A DNA stretch of 64,000 bases from Eledone cirrhosa. Lineage: Eukaryota. A program made the translations under genes and the position numbers. This document shows positions 11,105 through 25,189 of the stretch, in pieces (the stretch's first letter is position 1; each line of letters begins with the position of its first letter). A model generated the notes under the pieces. It saw only the letters and a program-made list of their open reading frames with translations, was not told the origin of the DNA and made no database searches. The stretch is from assembly GCA_964016885.1 (NCBI GenBank), contig OZ024740.1, positions 422,220,001 through 422,284,000 on the forward strand, written 5' to 3'.

Positions 11105-13717
11105 GGTAGCAGGTTTCTAGTTCAGTGTTGTTTTGTAAGAGTTACTGACTCATTATCTGCCCTAAGGTAGCAGGTTTCTAGCTCAGTGTAGTTTTGTAAG
11201 AGTTACTGTCTCAATATCTGCCCTAAGGTAGCAGGTTTCTAGTTCAGTGTAATTTTGTAAGAGTTACTGCTTCAATATCTGCCCTAAAGTAGCAGGTTTC
11301 TACTTCAGAGTTGTTTTGTAAGAATTACTGTCTCAATATCTGCCCTAAGGTAGCAGGTTTCTAGTTCAGTGTTGTTTTGTAACAGTTACTGTCTCAATAT
11401 CTGCCCTAAGACAGCAGGTTTCTAGTTCAGTGTTGTTTTTTGAGACTTACTGTCCCAATATCTGCCCTAAGGTAGCAGGTTTCTCGTTCAGTGTTGTTAT
11501 GTAAGAGTTACTGCATCAATATCTGCCCTAAGGTAGCAGGTTTCTAGTTCAGTGTAATTTTGTAACAGTTACTGCCTCAATATCTGCCCTAAGGTAGCAG
11601 GTTTCTAGTTCAATGTAATTTTGTAAGAGTTACTGCCTCAATATCTGCCCTAAGGTAGCAGGTTTCTAGTTCAGTGTAATTTTGCAAGAGTTACTGTCTC
11701 AATATCTGCCCTAAGGTAGCAGGTTTCTAGTTCAGTGTAATTTTGTAAGAGTTACTGCTTCAATATCTGCCCTAAAGTAGCAGGTTTCTACTTCAGAGTT
11801 GTTTCGTAAGAATTACTGTCTCAATATCTGCCCTAAGGTAGCAGGTTTCTAGTTCAGTGTGGTTTTGTAAGAGTTACTGTCTCAATATCTGCCCTGAGAC
11901 AGCAGGTTTCCAGTTCAGTGTTGTTTTATGAGAGTTACTGCCTCAATATCTGCCCTAAGGAAGAAGGTTTCTAGTTCAGTGTTGTTATGTAAGAGTTACT
12001 GCATCAATATCTGCCCTAACGTAGCAGGTTTCTACTTCAGTGTTGTTTTGTAAGAGTTACTGCCTCAATGTCTGCCCTAAGGTAGCAGGTTTCTAGTTCA
12101 GTGTAATTTTGTAAGAGTTACTATCTCAATATCTGCCCTAAGGTAGCAGGTTTCTAGTTCAGTGTTATTTTGTAAGAGTTACTGACTCATTATCTGCCCT
12201 AAGGTAGCAGGTTTCTAGTTTAGTGTTGTTATGTAAGAGTTACTATCTCAATACCTGCCCTAAGGTGGAAGGTTTCTAGTTCAGTGTAATTTTGTAAGAG
12301 TTACTGCCTCAATATCTGCCCTAAGGTAGCAGGTTTCTAGTTCAGTGTAATTTTGTAAGAGTTACTGCCTCAATATCTGCCCTAAGGTAGCAGGTTTCTA
12401 GTTCAGTGTAATTTTGTAAGAGTTACTGACTCATTATCTGCCCTAAGGTAGCAGGTTTCTAGTTCAGTGTAGTTTTGTAAGAGTTACTGTCTCAATATCT
12501 GCCCTAAGGTAGCAGGTTTCTAGTTCAGTGTAATTTTGTAAGAGTTACTGCTTCAATATCTGCCCTAAAGTAGCAGGTTTCTACTTCAGAGTTGTTTTGT
12601 AAGAATTACTGTCTCAATATCTGCCCTAAGGTAGCAGGTTTCTAGTTCAGTGTGGTTTTGTAAGAATTACTGTCTCAATATCTGCCCTGAGACAGAAGGT
12701 TTCTAGTTCAGTGTTGTTTTATGAGAGTTACTGCCTCAATATCTGCCCTAAGACAGCAGGTTTCTAGTTCAGTGTTGTTTTTTGAGACTTACTGTCCCAA
12801 TATCTGCCCTAAGGTAGCAGGTTTCTCGTTCAGTGTTGTTATGTAAGAGTTACTGCATCAATATCTGCCCTAAGGTAGCAGGTTTCTAGTTCAGTGTAAT
12901 TTTGTAACAGTTACTGCCTCAATATCTGCCCTAAGGTAGAAGGTTTCTAGTTCAGTGTAATTTTGTAAGAGTTACTGCCTCAATATCTGCCCTAAGGTAG
13001 CAGGTTTCTAGTTCAGTGTAATTTTGTAAGAGTTACTGTCTCAATATCTGCCCTAAGGTAGCAGGTTTCTAGTTCAGTGTTGTTTTGTAAGAGTTACTGA
13101 CTCATTATCTGCCCTAAGGTAGCAGGTTTCTAGTTCAGTGTAGTTTTGTAAGAGTTACTGTCTCAATATCTGCCCTAAGGTAGCAGGTTTCTAGTTCAGT
13201 GTAATTTTGTAAGAGTTACTGCTTCAATATCTGCCCTAAAGTAGCAGGTTTCTACTTCAGAGTTGTTTTGTAAGAATTACTGTCTCAATATCTGCCCTAA
13301 GGTAGCAGGTTTCTAGTTCAGTGTGGTTTTGTAAGAGTTACTGTCTCAATATCTGCCCTATGGTAGCAGGTTTCTAGTTCAGTGTTGTTTTGTAACAGTT
13401 ACTGTCTCAATATCTGCCCTAAGACAGCAGGTTTCTAGTTCAGTGTTGTTATGTAAGAGTTACTGCATCAATATCTGCCCTAACATAGCAGGTTTCTACT
13501 TCAGTGTTGTTTTGTAAGAGTTACTGCCTCAATGTCTGCCCTAAGGTAGCAGGTTTCTAGTTCAGTGTAATTTTGTAAGAGTTACTATCTCAATATCTGC
13601 CCTAAGGTAGCAGGTTTCTAGTTCAGTGTAATTTTGTAAGAGTTACTGCCTCATTATCTGCCCTAAGGTAGCAGGTTTCTAGTTCAGTGTTATTTTGTAA
13701 GAGTTACTGACTCATTA

Positions 13718-16700
13718 TCTGCCCTAAGGTAGCAGGTTTCTAGTTTAGTGTTGTTATGTAAGAGTTACTATCTCAATACCTGCCCTAAGGTGGAAGGTTT
13801 CTAGTTCAGTGTAATTTTGTAAGAGTTACTGCCTCAATATCTGCCCTAAGGTAGCAGGTTTCTAGTTCAGTGTAATTTTGTAAGAGTTACTGCCTCAATA
13901 TCTGCCCTAAGGTAGCAGGTTTCTAGTTCAGTGTTGTTTTGTAAGAGTTACTGACTCATTATCTGCCCTAAGGTAGCAGGTTTCTAGTTCAGTGTAGTTT
14001 TGTAAGAGTTACTGTCTCAATATCTGCCCTAAGGTAGCAGGTTTCTAGTTCAGTGTAATTTTGTAAGAGTTACTGCTTCAATATCTGCCCTAAAGTAGCA
14101 GGTTTCTACTTCAGAGTTGTTTTGTAAGAATTACTGTCTCAATATCTGCCCTAAGGTAGCAGGTTTCTAGTTCAGTGTGGTTTTGTAAGAGTTACTGTCT
14201 CAATATCTGCCCTGAGACAGAAGGTTTCTAGTTCAGTGTTGTTTTATGAGAGTTACTGCCTCAATATCTGCCCTAAGGTAGCAGGTTTCTAGTTCAGTGT
14301 TGTTTTGTAACAGTTACTGTCTCAATATCTGCCCTAAGACAGCAGGTTTCTAGTTCAGTGTTGTTTTTTGAGACTTACTGTCCCAATATCTGCCCTAAGG
14401 TAGCAGGTTTCTCGTTCAGTGTTGTTATGTAAGAGTTACTGCATCAATATCTGCCCTAAGGTAGCAGGTTTCTAGTTCAGTGTAATTTTGTAACAGTTAC
14501 TGCCTCAATATCTGCCCTAAGGTAGAAGGTTTTTAGTTCACTGTAATTTTGTAACAGTTACTGCCTCAATATCTGCCCTAAGGTAGAAGGTTTTTAGTTC
14601 ACTGTAATTTTGTAAGAGTTACTGCATCAATATCTGTCCTAAGACAGCAGGTTTCTAGTTCAGTGTTGTTATGTAAGAGTTATTGCATCAATATCTGCCC
14701 TAACGTAGCAGGTTTCTACTTCAGTGTTGTTTTGTAAGAGTTATTGTCTCAATATCTGCCCTAAGGCAGCAGGTTTCTAGTTCACTGTAATTTTGTAAGA
14801 GTTACTGCCTCAATATCTGCCCTAAGGTAGCAGGTTTCTAGTACAGTGTGGTTTTGTAAGAGTTACTGTCTCAATATTTGCCATAATGTAGCAGGTTTCT
14901 AGTTCAGTGTTGTTTTGTAAGTGTTACTGCCTCAATATCTGCCCTAATGTAGCAGGTTTCTAGTTCAGTGTTGTTTTGTAAGAGTTACTGCCTCAATATC
15001 TGCCCTAACGTAGCAGGTTTCTAGTTCAGTGTTGTTTTGTTATAGTTACTGCCTCAATATCTGCCCTAAGGTAGCAGGTTTCTAGTCAGTGTTGCTTTGT
15101 AAGAGTTACTGCCTCAATATCTGCCCTAAGGTAGCAGGTTTCTAGTTCAGTGTGGTTTTGTAAGAGTTACTGTCTCAATGTTTGCCATAATGTAGCAGGT
15201 TTCTAGTTCAGTGTTGTTTTGAAAGTGTTACTGCCTCAATATCTGCCCTAATGTAGCAGGTTTCTAGTTCAGTGTTGTTTTGTAAGAGTTACTGCCTCAA
15301 TATCTGCCCTAACGTAGCAGGTTTCTAGTTCAGTGTTGTTTTGTTATAGTTACTGCCTCAATATCTGCCCTAAGGTAGCAGGTTTCTAGTCAGTGTTGCT
15401 TTGTAAGAGTTACTGCCTCAATATCTGCCCTAAGGTAGCAGGTTTCTAGTTCAGTGTTGCTTTGTAAGAGTTACTGCCTCAATATCTGCCCTAAGGTAGC
15501 AGGTTTCTAGTTCAGTGTTGCTTTGTAAGAGTTACTGCCTCAATATCTGCCCTAAGACAGCAGGTTTCTATTTCACTGTAATTTTGTAAGAGTTACTGTC
15601 TCAATATCTGCCCTAAGGTAGCAGGTTTCTAGTTCAGTGTATTTTTGTAAGAGTTACTGCCTCAATATCTGCCCTAAGGTAGCAGGTTTCTAGTTCAGTG
15701 TTATTTTGTAAGAGTTACTGACTCATTATCTGCCCTAAGGTAGCAGGTTTCTAGTTTAGTGTTGTTATGTAAGAGTTACTATCTCAATACCTGCCCTAAG
15801 GTGGAAGGTTTCTAGTTCAGTGTAATTTTGTAAGAGTTACTGCCTCAATATCTGCCCTAAGGTAGCAGGTTTCTAGTTCAGTGTAATTTTGTAAGAGTTA
15901 CTGCCTCAATATCTGCCCTAAGGTAGCAGGTTTCTAGTTCAGTGTTGTTTTGTAAGAGTTACTGACTCATTATCTGCCCTAAGGTAGCAGGTTTCTAGTT
16001 CAGTGTAGTTTTGTAAGAGTTACTGTCTCAATATCTGCCCTAAGGTAGCAGGTTTCTAGTTCAGTGTAATTTTGTAAGAGTTACTGCTTCAATATCTGCC
16101 CTAAAGTAGCAGGTTTCTACTTCAGAGTTGTTTTGTAAGAATTACTGTCTCAATATCTGCCCTAAGGTAGCAGGTTTCTAGTTCAGTGTGGTTTTGTAAG
16201 AGTTACTGTCTCAATATCTGCCCTGAGACAGCAGGTTTCTAGTTCAGTGTTGTTTTATGAGAGTTACTGCCTCAATATCTGCCCTAAGGTAGCAGGTTTC
16301 TAGTTCAGTGTTGTTTTGTAACAGTTACTGTCTCAATATCTGCCCTAAGACAGCAGGTTTCTAGTTCAGTGTTGTTTTTTGAGACTTACTGTCCCAATAT
16401 CTGCCCTAAGGTAGCAGGTTTCTAGTTTAGTGTTGTTATGTAAGAGTTACTATCTCAATACCTGCCCTAAGGTGGAAGGTTTCTAGTTCAGTGTAATTTT
16501 GTAAGAGTTACTGCCTCAATATCTGCCCTAAGGTAGCAGGTTTCTAGTTCAGTGTAATTTTGTAAGAGTTACTGCCTCAATATCTGCCCTAAGGTAGCAG
16601 GTTTCTAGTTCAGTGTTGTTTTGTAAGAGTTACTGACTCATTATCTGCCCTAAGGTAGCAGGTTTCTAGTTCAGTGTAGTTTTGTAAGAGTTACTGTCTC

Positions 16701-19105
16701 AATATCTGCCCTAAGGTAGCAGGTTTCTAGTTCAGTGTAATTTTGTAAGAGTTACTGCTTCAATATCTGCCCTAAAGTAGCAGGTTTCTACTTCAGAGTT
16801 GTTTTGTAAGAATTACTGTCTCAATATCTGCCCTAAGGTAGCAGGTTTCTAGTTCAGTGTGGTTTTGTAAGAGTTACTGTCTCAATATCTGCCCTGAGAC
16901 AGAAGGTTTCTAGTTCAGTGTTGTTTTATGAGAGTTACTGCCTCAATATCTGCCCTAAGGTAGCAGGTTTCTAGTTCAGTGTTGTTTTGTAACAGTTACT
17001 GTCTCAATATCTGCCCTAAGACAGCAGGTTTCTAGTTCAGTGTTGTTTTTTGAGACTTACTGTCCCAATATCTGCCCTAAGGTAGCAGGTTTCTCGTTCA
17101 GTGTTGTTATGTAAGAGTTACTGCATCAATATCTGCCCTAAGGTAGCAGGTTTCTAGTTCAGTGTAATTTTGTAACAGTTACTGCCTCAATATCTGCCCT
17201 AAGGTAGAAGGTTTTTAGTTCACTGTAATTTTGTAACAGTTACTGCCTCAATATCTGCCCTAAGGTAGAAGGTTTTTAGTTCACTGTAATTTTGTAAGAG
17301 TTACTGCATCAATATCTGTCCTAAGACAGCAGGTTTCTAGTTCAGTGTTGTTATGTAAGAGTTATTGCATCAATATCTGCCCTAACGTAGCAGGTTTCTA
17401 CTTCAGTGTTGTTTTGTAAGAGTTATTGTCTCAATATCTGCCCTAAGGCAGCAGGTTTCTAGTTCACTGTAATTTTGTAAGAGTTACTGCCTCAATATCT
17501 GCCCTAAGGTAGCAGGTTTCTAGTACAGTGTGGTTTTGTAAGAGTTACTGTCTCAATATTTGCCATAATGTAGCAGGTTTCTAGTTCAGTGTTGTTTTGT
17601 AAGTGTTACTGCCTCAATATCTGCCCTAATGTAGCAGGTTTCTAGTTCAGTGTTGTTTTGTAAGAGTTACTGCCTCAATATCTGCCCTAACGTAGCAGGT
17701 TTCTAGTTCAGTGTTGTTTTGTTATAGTTACTGCCTCAATATCTGCCCTAAGGTAGCAGGTTTCTAGTCAGTGTTGCTTTGTAAGAGTTACTGCCTCAAT
17801 ATCTGCCCTAAGGTAGCAGGTTTCTAGTTCAGTGTGGTTTTGTAAGAGTTACTGTCTCAATGTTTGCCATAATGTAGCAGGTTTCTAGTTCAGTGTTGTT
17901 TTGTAAGTGTTACTGCCTCAATATCTGCCCTAATGTAGCAGGTTTCTAGTTCAGTGTTGTTTTGTAAGAGTTACTGCCTCAGTATCTGCCCTAACGTAGC
18001 AGGTTTCTAGTTCAGTGTTGTTTTGTTATAGTTACTGCCTCAATATCTGCCCTAAGGTAGCAGGTTTCTAGTCAGTGTTGCTTTGTAAGAGTTACTGCCT
18101 CAATATCTGCCCTAAGGTAGCAGGTTTCTAGTTCAGTGTTGCTTTGTAAGAGTTACTGCCTCAATATCTGCCCTAAGGTAGCAGGTTTCTAGTTCAGTGT
18201 TGCTTTGTAAGAGTTACTGCCTCAATATCTGCCCTAAGACAGCAGGTTTCTATTTCACTGTAATTTTGTAAGAGTTACTGTCTCAATATCTGCCCTAAGG
18301 TAGCAGGTTTCTAGTTCAGTGTAATTTTGTAAGAGTTACTGCCTCAATATCTGCCCTAAGGTAGCAGGTTTCTAGTTCAGTGTTATTTTGTAAGAGTTAC
18401 TGACTCATTATCTGCCCTAAGGTAGCAGGTTTCTAGTTTAGTGTTGTTATGTAAGAGTTACTATCTCAATACCTGCCCTAAGGTGGAAGGTTTCTAGTTC
18501 AGTGTAATTTTGTAAGAGTTACTGCCTCAATATCTGCCCTAAGGTAGCAGGTTTCTAGTTCAGTGTAATTTTGTAAGAGTTACTGCCTCAATATCTGCCC
18601 TAAGGTAGCAGGTTTCTAGTTCAGTGTTGTTTTGTAAGAGTTACTGACTCATTATCTGCCCTAAGGTAGCAGGTTTCTAGTTCAGTGTAGTTTTGTAAGA
18701 GTTACTGTCTCAATATCTGCCCTAAGGTAGCAGGTTTCTAGTTCAGTGTAATTTTGTAAGAGTTACTGCTTCAATATCTGCCCTAAAGTAGCAGGTTTCT
18801 ACTTCAGAGTTGTTTTGTAAGAATTACTGTCTCAATATCTGCCCTAAGGTAGCAGGTTTCTAGTTCAGTGTGGTTTTGTAAGAGTTACTGTCTCAATATC
18901 TGCCCTGAGACAGCAGGTTTCTAGTTCAGTGTTGTTTTATGAGAGTTACTGCCTCAATATCTGCCCTAAGGTAGCAGGTTTCTAGTTCAGTGTTGTTTTG
19001 TAACAGTTACTGTCTCAATATCTGCCCTAAGACAGCAGGTTTCTAGTTCAGTGTTGTTTTTTGAGACTTACTGTCCCAATATCTGCCCTAAGGTAGCAGG
19101 TTTCT
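13718..19105. repeat. 44-monomer (2682-bp) tandem duplication within satellite A
   Basis: GTACAGTG at 14841/17523 and TAGTTTAG at 13741/16423. The period 2682 = 44x61-2 matches two 1-bp-deletion monomers per copy. Confidence 0.88.
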
Positions 19106-22100
19106 CGTTCAGTGTTATGTAAGAGTTACTGCATCAATATCTGCCCTAAGGTAGCAGGTTTCTAGTTCAGTGTAATATTGTAACAGTTACTGCCTCAATA
19201 TCTGCCCTAAGGTAGAAGGTTTCTAGTTCAATGTAATTTTGTAAGAGTTACTGCCTCAATATCTGCCCTAAGGTAGCAGGTTTCTAGTTCAGTGTAATTT
19301 TGTAAGAGTTACTGTCTCAATATCTGCCCTAAGGTAGCAGGTTTCTAGTTCAGTGTTGTTTTGTAAGAGTTACTGACTCATTATCTGCCCTAAGGTAGCA
19401 GGTTTCTAGTTCAGTGTAGTTTTGTAAGAGTTACTGTCTCAATATCTGCCCTAAGGTAGCAGGTTTCTAGTTCAGTGTAATTTTGTAAGAGTTACTGCTT
19501 CAATATCTGCCCTAAAGTAGCAGGTTTCTAGTTCAGTGTTGTTTTGTAAGAGTTACTGCCTCAATGTCTGCCCTAAGGTAGCAGGTTTCTAGTTCAGTGT
19601 AATTTTGTAAGAGTTACTATCTCAATATCTGCCCTAAGGTAGCAGGTTTCTAGTTCAGTGTAATTTTGTAAGAGTTACTGTCTCAATATCTGCCCTAAGG
19701 TAGCAGGTTTCTAGTTCAGTGTAATTTTGTAAGAGTTACTGCTTCAATATCTGCCCTAAATTAGCAGGTTTCTACTTCAGAGTTGTTTTGTAAGAATTAC
19801 TGTCTCAATATCTGCCCTAAGGTAGCAGGTTTCTAGTTCAGTGTGGTTTTGTAAGAGTTACTGTCTCAATATCTGCCCTGAGACAGAAGGTTTCTAGTTC
19901 AGTGTTGTTTTATGAGAGTTACTGCCTCAATATCTGCCCTAAGGTAGCAGGTTTCTAGTTCAGTGTAATTTTGTAAGAGTTACTGCCTCAATATCTGCCC
20001 TAAGGTAGCAGGTTTCTAGTTCAGTGTTGTTTTGTAAGAGTTACTGCCTCAATATCTGTCCTAAGGTAGCAGGTTTCTAGTTCAGTGTAATTTTGTAAGA
20101 GTTACTGCCTCAATATCTGCCCTAACGTAGCAGGTTTCTAGTTCAGTGTTGTTTTGTAAGAGTTACTGCCTCAATATTTGCCATAAGGTAGCAGGTTTCT
20201 AGTTCACTGTTGTTTTGTAAGAGTTATTGTCCCAATATCTGCCCTAAGACAGCAGGTTTCTAGTTCAGCGTTGTTATGTAAGAGTTATTGCATCAATATC
20301 TGCCCTAACGTAGCAGGTTTCTACTTTAGTGTTGTTTTGTAAGAGTTATTGTCTCAATATCTGCCCTAAGGCAGCAGGTTTCTAGTTCAGTGTTGTTATG
20401 TAAGAGTTACTGCATCAATATCTGCCCTAAGGTAGCAGGTTTCTAGTTCACTGTAATTTTGTAAGAGTTACTGCCTCAATATCTGCCCTAAGGTAGCAGG
20501 TTTCTAGTTCAGTGTGGTTTTGTAAGAGTTACTGTCTCAATATTTGCCATAATGTAGCAGGTTTCTAGTTCAGTGTTGTTTTGTAAGTGTTACTGCCTCA
20601 ATATCTGCCCTAATGTAGCAGGTTTCTAGTTCAGTGTTGTTTTGTAAGAGTTACTGTCCCAATATCTGCCCGAAGGTAGCAGGTTTCTAGTTTAGTGTAA
20701 TTTTGTAAGAGTTACTGCATCAATATCTGCCCTAAGACAGCAGGTTTCTATTTCACTGTAATTTTGTAAGAGTTACTGTCTCAATATCTGCCCTAAGGAA
20801 GCAGGTTTCTAGTTCAGTGTAATTTTGTAAGAGTTACTGCCTCAATATCTGCCCTAAGGTAGCAGGTTTCTAGTTCAGTGTTATTTTGTAAGAGTTACAG
20901 ACTCATTATCTGCCCTAAGGTAGCAGGTTTCTAGTTTAGTGTTGTTATGTAAGAGTTACTATCTCAATACCTGCCCTAAGGTGGAAGGTTTCTAGTTCAG
21001 TGTAATTTTGTAAGAGTTACTGCCTCAATATCTGCCCTAAGGTAGCAGGTTTCTAGTTCAGTGTAATTTTGTAAGAGTTACTGCCTCAATATCTGCCCTA
21101 AGGTAGCAGGTTTCTAGTTCAGTGTTGTTTTGTAAGAGTTACTGACTCATTATCTGCCCTAAGGTAGCAGGTTTCTAGTTCAGTGTAGTTTTGTAAGAGT
21201 TACTGTCTCAATATCTGCCCTAAGGTAGCAGGTTTCTAGTTCAGTGTAATTTTGTAAGAGTTACTCCTTCAATATCTGCCCTAAAGTAGCAGGTTTCTAC
21301 TTCAGAGTTGTTTTGTAAGAATTACTGTCTCAATATCTGCCCTAAGGTAGCAGGTTTCTAGTTCAGTGTGGTTTTGTAAGAGTTACTGTCTCAATATCTG
21401 CCCTGAGACAGCAGGTTTCTAGTTCAGTGTTGTTTTATGAGAGTTACTGCCTCAATATCTGCCCTAAGGTAGCAGGTTTCTAGTTCAGTGTTGTTTTGTA
21501 ACAGTTACTGTCTCAATATCTGCCCTAAGACAGCAGGTTTCTAGTTCAGTGTTGTTTTTTGAGACTTACTGTCCCAATATCTGCCCTAAGGTAGCAGGTT
21601 TCTCGTTCAGTGTTGTTATGTAAGAGTTACTGCATCAATATCTGCCCTAAGGTAGCAGGTTTCTAGTTCAGTGTAATTTTGTAACAGTTACTGCCTCAAT
21701 ATCTGCCCTAAGGTAGAAGGTTTCTAGTTCAATGTAATTTTGTAAGAGTTACTGCCTCAATATCTGCCCTAAGGTAGCAGGTTTCTAGTTCAGTGTTGTT
21801 TTGTAAGATTTACTGACTCATTATCTGCCATAAGGTAGCAGGTTTCTAGTTCAGTGTAGTTTTGTAAGAGTTACTATCTCAATATCTGCCCTAAGGTAGC
21901 AGGTTTCTAGTTCAGTGTAATTTTGTAAGTGTTACTGCTTCAATATCTGCCCTAAAGTAGCAGGTTTCTACTTCAGAGTTGTTTTGTAAGAATTACTGTC
22001 TCAATATATGCCCTAAGGTAGCAGGTTTCTAGTTCAGTGTGGTTTTGTAAGAGTTACTGTCTCAATATCTGCCCTGAGACAGCAGGTTTCCAGTTCAGTG

Positions 22101-25100
22101 TTGTTTTATGAGAGTTACTGCCTCAATATCTGCCCTAACGAAGAAGGTTTCTAGTTCAGTGTTGTTATGTAAGAGTTACTGCATCAATATCTGCCCTAAC
22201 GTAGCAGGTTTCTACTTCAGTGTTGTTTTGTAAGAGTTACTGCCTCAATGTCTGCCCTAAGGTAGCAGGTTTCTAGTTCAGTGTAATTTTGTAAGAGTTA
22301 CTATCTCAATATCTGCCCTAAGGTAGCAGGTTTCTAGTTCAGTGTAATTTTGTAAGAGTTACTGCCTCAATATGTGCCCTAAGGTAGCAGGTTTCTAGTT
22401 CAGTGTTATTTTGTAAGAGTTACTGACTCATTATCTGCCCTAAGGTAGCAGGTTTCTAGTTTAGTGTTGTTATGTAAGAGTTACTATCTCAATACCTGCC
22501 CTAAGGTGGAAGGTTTCTAGTTCAGTGTAATTTTGTAAGAGTTACTGCCTCAATATCTGCCCTAAGGTAGCAGGTTTCTAGTTCAGTGTTGTTTTGTAAG
22601 AGTTACTGACTCATTATCTGCCCTAAGGTAGCAGGTTTCTAGTTCAGTGTAGTTTTGTAAGAGTTACTGTCTCAATATCTGCCTTAAGGTAGCAGGTTTC
22701 TAGTTCAGTGTAATTTTGTAAGAGTTACTACTTCAATATCTGCCCTAAAGTAGCAGGTTTCTACTTCAGAGTTGTTTTGTAAGAATTACTGTCTCAATAT
22801 CTGCCCTAAGGTAGCAGGTTTCTAGTTCAGCGTAATTTTGGAAGAGTTACTGCCGCAATATCTGCCCTAAGGTAGCAGGTTTCTAGTTCAGTGTAATTGT
22901 GTAAGAGTTACTGTCTCAATATCTGCCCTAAGGTAGCAGGTTTATAGTTCAGTGTAATTTTCTAAGAGTTATTGCCTCAATATCTGCCCTAAGGTAGCAG
23001 GTTTCTAGTTCAGTGTAATTTTCTAAGAGTTACTGCCTCAATATCTGCCCTAACGTAGCAGGTTTCTAGTTCAGTGCAATTTTGTAAGAATTACTGCCTC
23101 AATATCCGCCCTAAGGTAGAAGATTTCTAGTTCAGTGTTATTTTGTAAGAGTTAGTGCCTCAATATCTGCCCTAAGGTAGCAGGTTTCTAGTTCACTGAA
23201 ATTTTGTAAGAGTTACTATCTCAATATATGCCCTAAGGTAGCAGATTTCTAGTCCAGTGTTGTTTTGTAAGAGTGACTGCCTCAATATCTGCCCTAATGT
23301 AGTAGGTTTCTAGCTCAGTGTAATTTTGTAAGAGTTACTATCTCAATATCTGACCTAAGGTAGCAGGTTTCTAGTTCAGTGTTGTTTTGTAAGAGTTACT
23401 GCCTTAATATCTGCCCTAAGGTAGCAGGTTTCTAGTTCAGTGTAATTGTGTAAGAGTTACTGCCTCAATATCTGCCCTAACGTAGCAGGTTTCTAGTTCA
23501 GTGTGGTTTTGTAAGAGTTACTGCCTCAATGTCTGCCCTAATGTAGCAGGTTTCTAGTTAAGTGTTGTTTTGTAAGAGTTACTGTCTCAATATCTGCCCT
23601 AAGGTAGCAGGTTTCTAGTTCAGTGTAATTTTGTAAGAGTTACTGCCTCAATATCTGCCCTAAGGTAGAAGGTTTCTAGTTCAGTGTAATTTTGTAAGAG
23701 TTACTGCCTCAATATCTGCCCTAAGGTAGCAGGTTTCTAGTTCAGTGTAATTTTGTAAGAGTTACTATCTCAATATCTGCCCTAAGGTAGCAGGTTTCTA
23801 GTTCAGTGTAATTTTGTAAGAGTTACTATATCAATATCTGCCCTAAGGTAGCAGGTTTCTAGTTCAGTGTTGTTTTGTAAGAGTTACTGCCTCAATATCT
23901 GCCCTAAGGTAGCAGGTTTCTAGTTCAATGTAGTTTTGTAAGAGTTACTGCCTCAATATCTGCCCTAACGTAGCAGGTTTCTAGTTCAATGTTGTCTTGT
24001 TAGAGTTACTGCTTCAATATCTGCCCTAAGGTAGCAGGTTTCTAGTCAGTGTTGCATTGGAAGAGTTACTGCCTCAATATCTGCCCTAAGGTAGCAGATT
24101 TCTAGTTCAGTGTTGCTTTGTAAGAGTTACTGCTTCAATATCTGCCTTAAGGTAGCAGGTTTCTACTTCAGTGTTGTTTTGTAAGAGTTACTGTCACAAT
24201 ATCTGCCCGAAGGTAGCAGGTTTCTAGTTTAGTGTAATTTTGTAAGAGTTACTGCATCAATATCTGCCCTAAGGTAGCATGTTTCTAGTTCACTGTAATT
24301 TTGTAAGAGTTACTGTCTCAATATCTGCCCTAAGGTAGCAGGTTTCTAGTTCAGTGTTGTTTATTAGAGTTACTGTCTCAATATCTGCCCTAAGACAGCA
24401 GGTTTCTAGTTCAGTGTTGTTTTATGAGAGTTACTGTCTCAATATCTGCCCTAAGACAGCAGGTTTCTCGTTCAGTGTTGTTATGTAAGAGTTACTGCAT
24501 CAATATCTGCCCTAAGGTAGCAAGTTTCTAGTTCAGTGTTGTTTTGTAAGAGTTACTGTCTCAATATCTGCCCTAAGACAGCAGGTTTCTAGTTCAGTCT
24601 AATTTTGTAAGAGTTGCTGCCTCAATATCTGCCCTAAGGTAGAAGGTTTCTAGTTCAGTGTAATTTTGTAAGAGTTACTGCCTCAATATCTGCCCTAAGG
24701 TAGCAGGTTTCTACTTCAGTGTTGTTTTGTAAGAGTTACTGTCCCAATATCTGCCCGAAGGTAGCAGGTTTCTAGTTTAGTGTAATTTTGTAAGAGTTAC
24801 TGTCTCAATATCTGCCCTAAGGTAGCAGGTTTCTAGTTCGGTGTTGCTTTGTAAGAGTTACTGCCTCAATATCTGCCCTAAGGTAGCAGGTTTCTACTTC
24901 AGTGTTGTTTTGTAAGAGTTACTGCATCAATATCTGCCCGAAGGTAGCAGGTTTCTAGTTTAGTGTAATTTTGTAAGAGTTTCTGCATCAATATCTGCCC
25001 TAAGGTAGCAGGTTTCTAGTTCAGTGTTGTTTTGTAAGAGTTACTGTCTCAATATCTGCCCTAAGACAGCAGGTTTCTAGTTCAGTGTTGTTTTATGAGA

Positions 25101-25189
25101 GTTACTGTCTCAATATCTGCCCTAAGGTAGCAGGTTTCTCGTTCAGTGTAATTTTGTAAGAGTTACTGCATCAATATCTGCCCTAAGGT

